A stretch of 64,000 nucleotides of DNA from positions 658 to 64,657 of the forward strand of contig JANQFE010000045.1 in NCBI GenBank assembly GCA_028278025.1. The letters run 5' to 3'. The notes beneath the pieces are model-generated. The model did not search any database, was not told the DNA's origin, and saw only the letters and a program-made list of their open reading frames with translations. How positions within the stretch are numbered: position 1 is the stretch's first letter; every line of letters begins with the position of its first letter. This DNA is from Thermodesulfobacteriota bacterium. GTDB taxonomy: Bacteria > Desulfobacterota > WTBG01 > CAIYCZ01 > CAIRTM01. Made by a program: the position numbers and the translations under genes. Below, in pieces: positions 54,097 through 63,650 of this stretch.

Positions 54097-56688
54097 TTAT
54101 TGTTCTTCCTCATCAACCTGTTCCAGCTTTATGCGTCCCTTATGGATGTGAAAATATTTAAACATAAAGAGCGCGTCCTCCCCATGACAGCTGGCACAAA
54201 AACTAAAGGAAATATTTCTTCTTAGAAAACTGTTGGTAGCATTACCCTCAATTTCTTTGCCTGGAACCTTGCCGGGTCTGCGAGCATCCCACAGGTGCAC
54301 ATCATGGCAGGTACTGCAGACAATATTGCCCTCAACAGATTTCTCACCCTCATCGGTGTAGATCGGAAAACGCTCAAGATACTCCTCATATTCTTCCGCA
54401 TTCATGGAACCGGCCTTCTCCTGAAGCAGAGCCATATAGATCCGGTCAGGATGAAGACCATAGTCCGGTACTTTATCAGCAGCACAGTCACCCTCAACAT
54501 GACAGCTGGTACACACCCCGATCATGGTGTTATTGGGCAAGGTAAATTCTTCATTCCAGTTTTCAACTACTGAAGGGCCCAAAGCGCGATTCCACAGAAA
54601 CTCATCTGTCTGGGCATTATGCACTGCATGGCAGGCACCGCATACCCCTGACTGGTCCGGAGATACACCCTGACTGTTTTGCTCGGCAGGGGCGGTTATA
54701 GTAAGATCATGGTCGGTTCCGATTACAGTGGATTGATCCTCATGGCATGCCTTGCACAGAGGGGCACTATCAGCACTTGTCAGACGCAGGAAACTATCTG
54801 CAGCAGTCCCCTCCTCTGCCTTATCCTGGGGATCCCGGGGATTCCACTGGTGCGGGTCGTGACAGGTTGAGCAAAAGACCTTCCCATCGGGCTCTTTGCG
54901 GCCCTCAGCACTGTACAGCGGAAGGGTGTTCTCGGTGTTCTCTTTCAGTTTTTCATCAATGGGATGAGAAAATTCACCGGTCAGCTTTTCTTCAGCGCAG
55001 CTGCCCTTGCTGTGACAGTCTACACAGAGCTTTGTCATAAGGGCTTCTTCACCCTGGGGAATCTGTCTGCTCCACATGTAGATATCGGCTCCGCCATGGG
55101 CCAGATGGCAGCTGCCGCACACGCCGGATTCTTGCGGCAGCTGATCGCGGATGTTTTTTTCTTGCGGGGCTGTAACCGCAAGATCATGATCTGTTTTTTC
55201 AATTGCAGCCTGTTTCTTATGACACCCCAGACAAAGGTTTGAACCCTCATGTGCGGTTCTCAGAAAACTGTTGGTAATGTCGCCCTGATCGTCCTTGGAT
55301 CCTTTGTTCTGCGGGTTTAAAGGATCCCACTGATGGCTGTTATGGCAGCTGGAGCAGTAGATAAATCCCTTGCTGCTTTTCTTGCCGGTTGCGGTAAAAA
55401 GCGGGAAGTCCATGACTTCTGTTTCATCTTCCGGTTTCACACCGACGGGGTGCCCGGTTTCAGGTATAAGCACCTCCTCGGCACTTTTACCTTCGGCATG
55501 ACAGCTCTTGCATATACCAATAGCGGTTTCCTCTTGGCCTTCCCACCAGCGGGCCCACATGAACGGGCCTATCCCCTCATGCATAAGGTGGCAGCTGCTG
55601 CAGGGGCCTGATTGCGAAACCGTTTCGCCCCGTATGTTTTTTGCATCAGGGGCCATTTCCCTCAGATCATGTTTGGTTCCGCTGATAAGTTTCTCCTGGG
55701 AAGCATGACATTGCAGACAAGCTGAATCTTGTTTGTTCTGATCTAACAATAAAGATTCAGGGACAGGCGCTTCATGGGTTGCATGGCAGCTGACACAAAT
55801 CAACTCCCCCTGTGAACCCAGTCTGATCTCTCTGCCGTTTTGCCAGTTTTTGGGAATCTCGGCCTTCTCCGGCTTTACATCAACGCTGTGAGAAAAGCGA
55901 TTTCTGTTTTTATGCTCACTCAGACCGGGTGCTTTGCCATGGCATTGTTCACAAAGCACGGGATAGACAGCCGGACGGTCAACCGGCAGTACCAGACGCT
56001 TATCACTGAAACCGCCATGGGCAACATGACAACTTTCACAAATTACCTGGTTGGGTTTGCTGCCTGTATACCCGCCGTATAAAATAATCTTTTCAGAAAC
56101 TTCCAGGGTGGTTTCATCAACAGGATGGTGCCCCTTCTCCGGACCGCCGACCTGCCCCTCATGGCACATGGTACACATCTGCGAGTTTTCGTTTGAGGTG
56201 CGCAGGAAAATGGTTTTTTCTATGCCCGGTTCGGTTGAGACCCCATGAGCACTGTGACAGGTGGCACAATCCATCTTGCCCTCTTCGTCAAGGGGGAAGA
56301 TTTCCGGCACGCTAATTTTTTCAGAAGGTTTAACACCTACCTGATGCATCCTGTCATTAAACACCTGTTTGCGCGAATCAACTGTTGAGCCGTCATGACA
56401 GGAAAAACACATCTCGGCATCAGCCGCGGTGGGTTTTTCAGGCAAAGCGGCAAGCTCAGTGCCTCTGTGCTCCACAAAAAAGGTGTCCACCCAGCTATAG
56501 TGGCAGATGGCACATTCCTTGGCAGAATCGGGCTCCAGCTTACTTGCCGGTGTCGCCGTATCAACCTGGGCAACCACAAACCCGGGACTACCTAAAAACA
56601 GCAGCACAAAAAGCAGTATGCGCACATCCGGTATTGAGCCGGTTACCTTTGAACTTTGAAATTCGAAATTCGAACTTTTTTCTGTCAT
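54097..56688 (-). CDS. 20-heme cytochrome c (module 2)
   Basis: 20 CxxCH by manual count; paralog of 37846..39891 with one extra 4-heme repeat. Confidence 0.9.
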   Translation of the reverse strand: MTEKSSNFEFQSSKVTGSIPDVRILLFVLLFLGSPGFVVAQVDTATPASKLEPDSAKECAICHYSWVDTFFVEHRGTELAALPEKPTAADAEMCFSCHDGSTVDSRKQVFNDRMHQVGVKPSEKISVPEIFPLDEEGKMDCATCHSAHGVSTEPGIEKTIFLRTSNENSQMCTMCHEGQVGGPEKGHHPVDETTLEVSEKIILYGGYTGSKPNQVICESCHVAHGGFSDKRLVLPVDRPAVYPVLCEQCHGKAPGLSEHKNRNRFSHSVDVKPEKAEIPKNWQNGREIRLGSQGELICVSCHATHEAPVPESLLLDQNKQDSACLQCHASQEKLISGTKHDLREMAPDAKNIRGETVSQSGPCSSCHLMHEGIGPFMWARWWEGQEETAIGICKSCHAEGKSAEEVLIPETGHPVGVKPEDETEVMDFPLFTATGKKSSKGFIYCSSCHNSHQWDPLNPQNKGSKDDQGDITNSFLRTAHEGSNLCLGCHKKQAAIEKTDHDLAVTAPQEKNIRDQLPQESGVCGSCHLAHGGADIYMWSRQIPQGEEALMTKLCVDCHSKGSCAEEKLTGEFSHPIDEKLKENTENTLPLYSAEGRKEPDGKVFCSTCHDPHQWNPRDPQDKAEEGTAADSFLRLTSADSAPLCKACHEDQSTVIGTDHDLTITAPAEQNSQGVSPDQSGVCGACHAVHNAQTDEFLWNRALGPSVVENWNEEFTLPNNTMIGVCTSCHVEGDCAADKVPDYGLHPDRIYMALLQEKAGSMNAEEYEEYLERFPIYTDEGEKSVEGNIVCSTCHDVHLWDARRPGKVPGKEIEGNATNSFLRRNISFSFCASCHGEDALFMFKYFHIHKGRIKLEQVDEEEQ

Positions 56689-56694
56689 GCTTTG

Positions 56695-57504
56695 CTACTT
56701 TATATCTTTAACCGTGATCACGCACCGAAAGCCGATATTAAAGCTGCCCAGCGCAGGATCATTCTTATGCCGGTTTGCTATACGCAGTGCCACCTCATTT
56801 GAATACCAGGCACCGCCTTTTACAACTTTGCGCATGCCCTGCAAAGGGCCTTGAGGATTTCTACCGGAGCTTACACTATAGTAGTCACTGTCATACCAGT
56901 CCTGGCACCATTCCCACACATTCCCGGCCATGTCATACAGGCCAAAACCGTTGGGCGCATAACTCTTAACCGGCATGGTCCCGAATGAATTGTAGTTGGC
57001 CTGCTGCTGATGTATCCCCTCACCCCATGGATATAGTTTCTCTGCCAGGCCGCCACCGGCGGCCTTTTCCCACTCCGCCTCGGTAGGTAGCCTCTTGCCG
57101 GCCCACCGGGCAAAAGCTTCGGCATCATACCAGCTTACGCCGACTACGGGTTCCTCCGGGCGGTCATATTTCGGATCCCATAAGGGATGGGGAGGATAAC
57201 CGGTTGCTTCTAAAAAATGTGCATAGCGGGCGCAGGTAACCTCGGTTTCATCTATATAAAATGCATCAAGGTACACACTGTGCTGCGGTTGTTCATCATC
57301 ATCCCCGGCGCTGCTGCCCATCACAAAAGAGCCGGCCGGCACCAGGACCATAGTAACGGAATCCGTGTTGCTGACAAGTGTTTTAGGATAGGGCTGCCCG
57401 CTATCAATAGTATCATGAGGGGCGGGAACAAATGAGCGGCATCCCCATAAAAAACATACTATAAAAGAGAGCACCCCAACAATGCGATATCGCTTCCTAA
57501 ACAT
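56695..57504 (-). CDS. FGE-sulfatase domain lipoprotein (module 2)
   Basis: Lipobox LWGC; RLPTEAEWEKAA, PNGFGLYDMAGNVWEW and GFRC motifs. Confidence 0.87.
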   Translation of the reverse strand: MFRKRYRIVGVLSFIVCFLWGCRSFVPAPHDTIDSGQPYPKTLVSNTDSVTMVLVPAGSFVMGSSAGDDDEQPQHSVYLDAFYIDETEVTCARYAHFLEATGYPPHPLWDPKYDRPEEPVVGVSWYDAEAFARWAGKRLPTEAEWEKAAGGGLAEKLYPWGEGIHQQQANYNSFGTMPVKSYAPNGFGLYDMAGNVWEWCQDWYDSDYYSVSSGRNPQGPLQGMRKVVKGGAWYSNEVALRIANRHKNDPALGSFNIGFRCVITVKDIK

Positions 57505-57753
57505 CTGATTTCTTTCTAACGGTTCCCCAAAATGCAGTACGATGTGGAATTATCCTTGCCCCTTTTTTGTTATGAAGCCATGATAAAAAAAAGAACGGTG
57601 AAAAAAAATATTAGAATATGATATTTTTTTTTGCATTTATCAAAAGAATTTGATATTGAATGAGGTGTTTTTACAAAATAAAACTTTTTTATTATATGTA
57701 GCAGAATAAGTCAAGGCGTTATTTCAATAATTTATATAAACCTTGCTCATTAT

Positions 57754-58680
57754 ATGGCTTTTACCAAAAAAATTTTGCTAAAAATCCTCTCACCCGGCAT
57801 TCTTGTGCTCATCATTGCCGCTGCATGTGTTCGCTATACAGACCAGATTAAACTTGCAATTCCATTTCCCGATGCAACCTATGTTGGTTCTGAAGAATGC
57901 GCCGTATGCCACGAGGACGTGTTTGAATACTTTAAAAAAACAGTCCATTTTAAACTGCGTGACTTTGAAGTGCCCGGGCAGATGCGGGGGTGCGAATCCT
58001 GTCACGGCCCGGGCAGCGCGCATGTTGCCGAGCGGGGCAAGGTTGATCAAATACTTAGCTTTAGCAAACTGACTCCGGAGCAGGGTTCGGCAATCTGCCT
58101 GCAATGTCACCGGCAGGAACCGCTCATGGACTGGAACAACAATCTACATGCCACCAGTGCAGTAGGGTGTAACGACTGTCACAAATCCCATAAAATTACT
58201 GCAAAAAAGATGGTTTACAAAGGTGACCCGGAGCTGTGCTATGACTGTCACCAGCAGATGCGGGCACAGGCTGAATTTCCATCCCATCATCCTATCCGCG
58301 AAGGTAAGATGACATGTACAGACTGTCATAATACTCATGGTGCCGACCCCGGTGCTTTAAAGGTAGGCACCGTGAATGATCTCTGCTATGAGTGTCATAC
58401 TGATAAGCAGGGACCTTTTATCTATGAACATCCGCCGGTTGAGGAAGGCTGCTCACTGTGCCATGACCCTCACGGCACTATTGCCAACAACCTGTTAAAA
58501 CAAAATGAGCCGTTTCTTTGTTTGCGCTGTCACCGGGGACACCGGGGTAATCCGGTTCCGCGCGGTGGGCTAAGGCATCCGAGCATGCCGACCCTGCTGA
58601 CATCCTGTTCTCAGTGTCATTCACAGGTCCATGGCAGCGATCTGCCTTCCCAGATGGGTGAAGGCAATTTGACAAGATAA
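57754..58680 (+). CDS. Decaheme cytochrome c lipoprotein, DmsE/MtrA-like (module 2)
   Basis: 10 CxxCH; lipobox AAAC; paralog of 41414..42352. Confidence 0.9.
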   Translation: MAFTKKILLKILSPGILVLIIAAACVRYTDQIKLAIPFPDATYVGSEECAVCHEDVFEYFKKTVHFKLRDFEVPGQMRGCESCHGPGSAHVAERGKVDQILSFSKLTPEQGSAICLQCHRQEPLMDWNNNLHATSAVGCNDCHKSHKITAKKMVYKGDPELCYDCHQQMRAQAEFPSHHPIREGKMTCTDCHNTHGADPGALKVGTVNDLCYECHTDKQGPFIYEHPPVEEGCSLCHDPHGTIANNLLKQNEPFLCLRCHRGHRGNPVPRGGLRHPSMPTLLTSCSQCHSQVHGSDLPSQMGEGNLTR

Positions 58681-58812
58681 TAACAGAACATTGCTGACTG
58701 CTGGCAGGTATCCAGAAGCTGGAATCCAGCATCACTTACCTATAGCAGTACATTATTGATATATTAATTTTTTTTAAAATACTCACTGTTTGTATCTTGA
58801 AAGAATAATAAA

Positions 58813-60672
58813 ATGGCTATACCATGCCGATGCGTTCTTAGCTTTTTCCTTGCGGTTGTAATCGTTGCTTGCATCTGTGCCGGCACTTCCGCCTGGGCTG
58901 AGGAAGCGCAAAAGAAAGATTCCGCAAAAGCCGTTGAGTATTCTTTTGATGCCAGCATCGGGTATCATCATGCCAATGTAAACAGTTATCGCGGAAAAGT
59001 GGGCGAATATGAAGTGCTGGATCCGGGCATGGAGGCCGCATTCAGTTTTGAAGCCTATACGCGCAGCAAATACCTTGATATTATCGGTGACATTAAAGAC
59101 AAACATGACCAGCGGTACCTGCTCGGCTTTGATAGTGACCGGATTTTTCAAACCGAAACATCTTACAATCGTTTCAGGCACTACCTTGACCATGATCCTT
59201 TAAAAAATCAGGACTTTTATACCGATTTTGATGCAGGCAAAACTAACTCCATTACCTGGGAAGAGGTAAAAAGCAAAAACACTTTTCGTGTTCCTTTTGT
59301 TCCGGGCCTGAAACTTACGGCAGATTACCGGCAGGTGAACAAGCGCGGCCACCGACAGGCTACTACTGTCAGCAAGTGCACCCAGTGTCACGTTAGCTCT
59401 CGAAACAGGCGCATTAACCAGACCATTAAGGATATTAAAGTGGGCGCTGAAATGGCGGTTGGCCCGCTTACGCTCAACTACAGTCACCTCCAGAGAAACT
59501 ATAATGAGGGCGGCAGTGCGCCCATTGCGTATTACAGTAATGCCGCAACCTCCTTCCCCGTTAAAGGGTATAACCGCTACAATTCAGTGTCAGATTCACG
59601 CACCTATGTGAACCAAATTAAAGCTCGGGTGGACCTCCCCCTTCAGTCTACTTTTTATTTTGATTATGAGACCGGTAAAAACCACAACCGGGAAACCCGC
59701 AATGAACGGGAGTTCCAAAGCTATGCGGTTCGCTTGGCAACTGCCTGCTTAAAATATGTTTCTTTCAACTTTAATTATTATGATTATGACATGGAAAATG
59801 ATGTTCCGAATGCTATGGAACGGGATGTTACCAGAAGCGGTTTTTCATTCAGGACAATTTCCTGGAAAAAAACGTTTTTACGGGGCAGCTACCGCGTGGA
59901 GGATATAGAACGGCGCAACAGCGCCGAGGAATCGACCCTGAAACAGATTTTTACGCTGGCACTGTTTAGCAGGCCGCACCGTAAGCTGAATTTTAACATA
60001 CAGTACCGTAATGAACAGATTGATGATCCCTTTATTTCTGAACAGTGGGAATTGATCAGGTTCACGCAAACCAGTCTGCCTACCAGAAGAGATGAGCTGC
60101 AGCTTGCGCTGAACTGGACACCCCGCGGCAACCTGTCCTTTTCCTCTACCATCCGCTATGGAGATTCTGAAAGCAGCCGCTATGTAATAGATGAAGAAAG
60201 GCTGGAAATGATATTCAGCATGTGGTATGCACCCAATGACAGGCTCATGCTCACAGCTTCCTATAGCCTTATTGATACGGATATCGATACCCGCGCAATC
60301 TATAAAACCTATCACCGCAGCGGGAGCCTTTCGGATTATCTATTTGACCGCAGTGTTCCCTATGATGACTCAAGCCACTGCTACAACCTGACGATTAACT
60401 ATCGCCTCAGCAAAAGGGTGGCCTTGACAGGCAGTGCTACCTATGTAGACTCCAGTGCTGATTATGACTCTTATATTAATACAAAAAATATCGGTAAATT
60501 CTCCGACCTTAACATTGAACGCCTTGATACGGCCCTCGGACTGGATTACCTCTACAAGCCCAACCTCTCTTTCTACACACGCTATAATTATCGGGACTAT
60601 GATGACCGGGAAGTGAGTGACCTTGATGGGGAAGCCCACATTATTAGTTTTGGTGTAAACTATTCATTTTGA
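58813..60672 (+). CDS. Outer-membrane beta-barrel with CxxCH (module 2)
   Basis: KCTQCHV motif, C-terminal YSF; paralog of 42363..44204. Confidence 0.85.
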   Translation: MAIPCRCVLSFFLAVVIVACICAGTSAWAEEAQKKDSAKAVEYSFDASIGYHHANVNSYRGKVGEYEVLDPGMEAAFSFEAYTRSKYLDIIGDIKDKHDQRYLLGFDSDRIFQTETSYNRFRHYLDHDPLKNQDFYTDFDAGKTNSITWEEVKSKNTFRVPFVPGLKLTADYRQVNKRGHRQATTVSKCTQCHVSSRNRRINQTIKDIKVGAEMAVGPLTLNYSHLQRNYNEGGSAPIAYYSNAATSFPVKGYNRYNSVSDSRTYVNQIKARVDLPLQSTFYFDYETGKNHNRETRNEREFQSYAVRLATACLKYVSFNFNYYDYDMENDVPNAMERDVTRSGFSFRTISWKKTFLRGSYRVEDIERRNSAEESTLKQIFTLALFSRPHRKLNFNIQYRNEQIDDPFISEQWELIRFTQTSLPTRRDELQLALNWTPRGNLSFSSTIRYGDSESSRYVIDEERLEMIFSMWYAPNDRLMLTASYSLIDTDIDTRAIYKTYHRSGSLSDYLFDRSVPYDDSSHCYNLTINYRLSKRVALTGSATYVDSSADYDSYINTKNIGKFSDLNIERLDTALGLDYLYKPNLSFYTRYNYRDYDDREVSDLDGEAHIISFGVNYSF

Positions 60673-60728
60673 TCCTGCATTCTTTCCATCTACTCTGATA
60701 AATATGCTATAACTATAGTAAAGTACCT

Positions 60729-61340
60729 ATGGAGGCATCCGGCATGAAAAAATTTGTGTATATTAGTTGTGTCTGTCTGCTGATATGTATACCCTGCCGG
60801 AATGCTGCGGCTGTCCGGGTAAACCTTACCAGTGAGTCTGTAACGGAGGCCGTAGATACCGGAACAAAGCATGGGTCAAAAATTACCGCTTACCTTAAGC
60901 AACAATATAGTTTCGGCAATGAGGATATGTTTGAAGAATATGGAATTATAAGGAGCAAGTGGTCAAAACTTGCAATGCTGGCCGGCTTGTTAGCCGCCAG
61001 GGACAAACAACCCTCGGAACGGGAAATAAATCACATTACCGGTGACACCCATCTGCAAATAGATGTCGTTACTTATGGCAATACAATTGATTTTGCCGAA
61101 AAATGTAAGGTTCACCTGGTGCAGAACGGCACCATCATAGAGCCGGAAAAAACCTCTGCAACGCATTCCTCTCATATACCCGGTAAAAAAACAGCAGCCT
61201 CAGGTTTTCCGAAATATCGTGCCACCGTAGGATCATATTTTGCCTACGGCACGTTCTGCCCTGACTGCAAAGTTGAAATTGTTTTGACCAAAGATGGTAA
61301 AACAGTTACCTTTGCAGTCAATCTTGCTGATTATAAATAA
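60729..61340 (+). CDS. Exported hypothetical protein (paralog of 44275..44859)
   Basis: Same position after the porin gene; shared motifs. Confidence 0.8.
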   Translation: MEASGMKKFVYISCVCLLICIPCRNAAAVRVNLTSESVTEAVDTGTKHGSKITAYLKQQYSFGNEDMFEEYGIIRSKWSKLAMLAGLLAARDKQPSEREINHITGDTHLQIDVVTYGNTIDFAEKCKVHLVQNGTIIEPEKTSATHSSHIPGKKTAASGFPKYRATVGSYFAYGTFCPDCKVEIVLTKDGKTVTFAVNLADYK

Positions 61341-61366
61341 GCAAGAGTACTCCAGCGCAGGTTAAT

Positions 61367-61405
61367 AATAAAAAAACCACCCCGATATCGGGGTGGTTTT
61401 TTATT
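61367..61405. terminator. Bidirectional rho-independent terminator
   Basis: AAAAAACCACCCCGAT/ATCGGGGTGGTTTTTT palindrome between convergent genes. Confidence 0.8.
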
Positions 61406-61457
61406 TTACATGTTCAGTTTGAGCTATATGGCAGATGGGGGTTTTCCGACAGCCTCC

Positions 61458-61645
61458 AGTACAGCGTCACACTTTAATTTGTCAGTTGATCGATGAAGGT
61501 CTTTGGTTTTGGGCAGCAAGGGCGGTGTGAGCAATTGCCTATACTATAAGACACAGTCGTTCCAGCGAGCACAGAGCCCGCTGCAATCAACACCAAAGAC
61601 CCTCGCTAAATCTTTACCCCCAAATTCAAAAGTGACTCTGTACTA
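61458..61645. mobile_element. MITE-like element, copy 2
   Basis: AGTACAGCGTCAC...GTGACTCTGTACTA; homologous to 52231..52419; its end supplies the TAG stop of 61643..62770. Confidence 0.75.
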
Positions 61646-62770
61646 GTCCGCATGTATCAATGTTGCCGCCTGCACTGCCCAGTCAAAATCATGCGCCCTG
61701 CCGAAACTGCCGTCATGGCATCCCAGACAGGTAAAATTCAGGGTGAGAAAACCATTGGTATAGGTTTTACCATCCTCCTGGAAAAACATTGCAGCAGGTT
61801 CTGCAGCCGTATCCACACTGTAGAGATGTGCACGTGTGTCGCCTTTCAGGTTATCTCCTGCACCGGTTGATGTCTGTTTCTTCACGGCCAACGGCATATG
61901 ACAATCAATACAGTCAACTCCTGCTGCGATATGAAACTGATTTATCGTCTCAGTGTGGCATGTAGTGCAATCAATAATAATGGCGTCCTGAGGATTGTTT
62001 TGCACACTGACGTGGGGATTGTGGCAGCGTACACACTTAAAGGCTGCTTTACCGCCGGTAAGCAGCTCATCAAACTGCTGGTTGTGTTTTATCAGGCCGT
62101 CCTCTGCCTCCACCCTGTTCTGGCTGTCCCCCCTGGTATGACAACGCCCGCACAACTCGGCAGACGTATCGACAATGATGTTATCCTTTGAAGGAGAGCC
62201 AACATGGTTACTGCCGGGGCCATGACAGTTTTCACAATCTATAAATACATGCAGGGAGTCCTGCAGGTCCTCCGCGATATCTGCATGGCACAGCTTGCAA
62301 GTCTCTGAACCCACCGCGACCGGCGGCTCATCAGGGGTAGCCTCCGTAATACTGAAGGTGGCTTCACGAGTTGAAATTGCATCTATGATACCGACAAAGG
62401 ATATCCGTGCTGTTGCCGTACCGCTTGCATTAGCAGGAATGCTCACATCCCAGGTGGTGGTATATGATCCGGCAGGCAGAAAGGCGTACTCTGCCGGAAG
62501 CGTTTCCTGAAAATTGGTTGCGCTGATTTCTCCCCATAAAAAAACAGCCGTCATGCGACCGTCCACGCTAAAATCAACTTTAACCCGCATATCATCACCA
62601 GGTTCAAAAACTGTTGTGGCAGTGCCGCCCGGATCAGTAGTGAGTACTTCATCAACACTCATTGTCTCAGCACAGAAACCCGTTTGAACGGAGATCATAA
62701 CCGGCACCAAACACACAGCTAGAACAACAGCCGGAAAAGCATAGCGTCTAAAAAAAATAGTAAGCATCAT
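61643..62770 (-). CDS. Heptaheme cytochrome c with N-terminal beta-sandwich-like domain (module 2)
   Basis: 7 CxxCH; signal peptide; paralog of 32049..33197. Confidence 0.88.
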   Translation of the reverse strand: MMLTIFFRRYAFPAVVLAVCLVPVMISVQTGFCAETMSVDEVLTTDPGGTATTVFEPGDDMRVKVDFSVDGRMTAVFLWGEISATNFQETLPAEYAFLPAGSYTTTWDVSIPANASGTATARISFVGIIDAISTREATFSITEATPDEPPVAVGSETCKLCHADIAEDLQDSLHVFIDCENCHGPGSNHVGSPSKDNIIVDTSAELCGRCHTRGDSQNRVEAEDGLIKHNQQFDELLTGGKAAFKCVRCHNPHVSVQNNPQDAIIIDCTTCHTETINQFHIAAGVDCIDCHMPLAVKKQTSTGAGDNLKGDTRAHLYSVDTAAEPAAMFFQEDGKTYTNGFLTLNFTCLGCHDGSFGRAHDFDWAVQAATLIHAD

Positions 62771-62843
62771 GAATTTCTGTCTCCTTTTAGTTGCTGGATC
62801 ATGGTAAAGCTGAAAACAGCATTCTATATCTATAGATTATAAA

Positions 62844-63257
62844 TTATAACGAGCCCAACAGATACCCTGCAGCCAGAACGGTCTGGGTATCATCCCCGAC
62901 ATAGGCAATGCCGCTGGCCAGGAGGACAGGGTCAAGTGCAAACCCGGTAAAAAACAGTGTTAGATCCCTTCCCGAAAAAAAGTCAGGTGCCCGATAAACG
63001 GCTACAAAGGCATTGCCGGCAGACAGGTATGTGCCGAAACCATCCATACAGCCAATCACTAAAATATTATCTGGTCTGAAGGTTATGGCTGTGGGATTAC
63101 ACCCCGGCAACGGATTCAGCATAAACACTTGGTAGCGCTTGTTGGCAACATCTGTTGCTTCGGCGGCGGCTGCCGGCAGTGTACCGGCAGCGATAAGCAA
63201 AAGCACGAGACTTAAGATGATTAGTGGTTTTGTATGCTTCATAGGGCAGACCCTCAC
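62844..63257 (-). CDS. Small exported hypothetical protein
   Basis: 137 aa, signal peptide, co-oriented with the heptaheme gene. Confidence 0.6.
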   Translation of the reverse strand: MRVCPMKHTKPLIILSLVLLLIAAGTLPAAAAEATDVANKRYQVFMLNPLPGCNPTAITFRPDNILVIGCMDGFGTYLSAGNAFVAVYRAPDFFSGRDLTLFFTGFALDPVLLASGIAYVGDDTQTVLAAGYLLGSL

Positions 63258-63544
63258 TTGTTATGAATTGATGCTCATGCGTGAAATACTATTACTTTTT
63301 TGGTCAGTAAATCAAAAAAAAAAAAATCCGTCAAGAAAAAAGATGATGGATTTCTGTTTTGTTATCGCAGCTATGATCTATGGCGTTTGGTATAATAAAG
63401 CATTCTAATTATAGCAAAATATCTAACGATAGAAAAGCTCAACTCTTTGGCCGTAATAACGCAATTGCAGAATAGGTGTTTTTTTTGTTGACAATTCGCA
63501 CCACTTTTACTAATTCATACAAATATGATTCCCAAAGTTTCGTC

Positions 63545-63650
63545 TCTAAGGCAAATCGTGCTATGAGATGTGACCGAAAGGGTAATACTCTAAAGGGTCT
63601 TACCTCCCGTACTTGGAAAGGGAAAAGAAATGTTGGCCATTACCTTCCGA
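63545..63650 (+). ncRNA. Possible degenerate c-di-GMP-I (GEMM) riboswitch
   Basis: AAGGCAAA...GACCGAAAG GGTAAT...CTAA...ATGTTGGCC ATTACCTT follows the GEMM-I motif order; P2 is weak and lacks a GNRA loop. Confidence 0.35.

Noticed and set aside
28382-57504. FGE-domain genes as diversity-generating retroelement targets
   Set aside because: No reverse transcriptase and no template repeat differing only at adenines is visible in the window.
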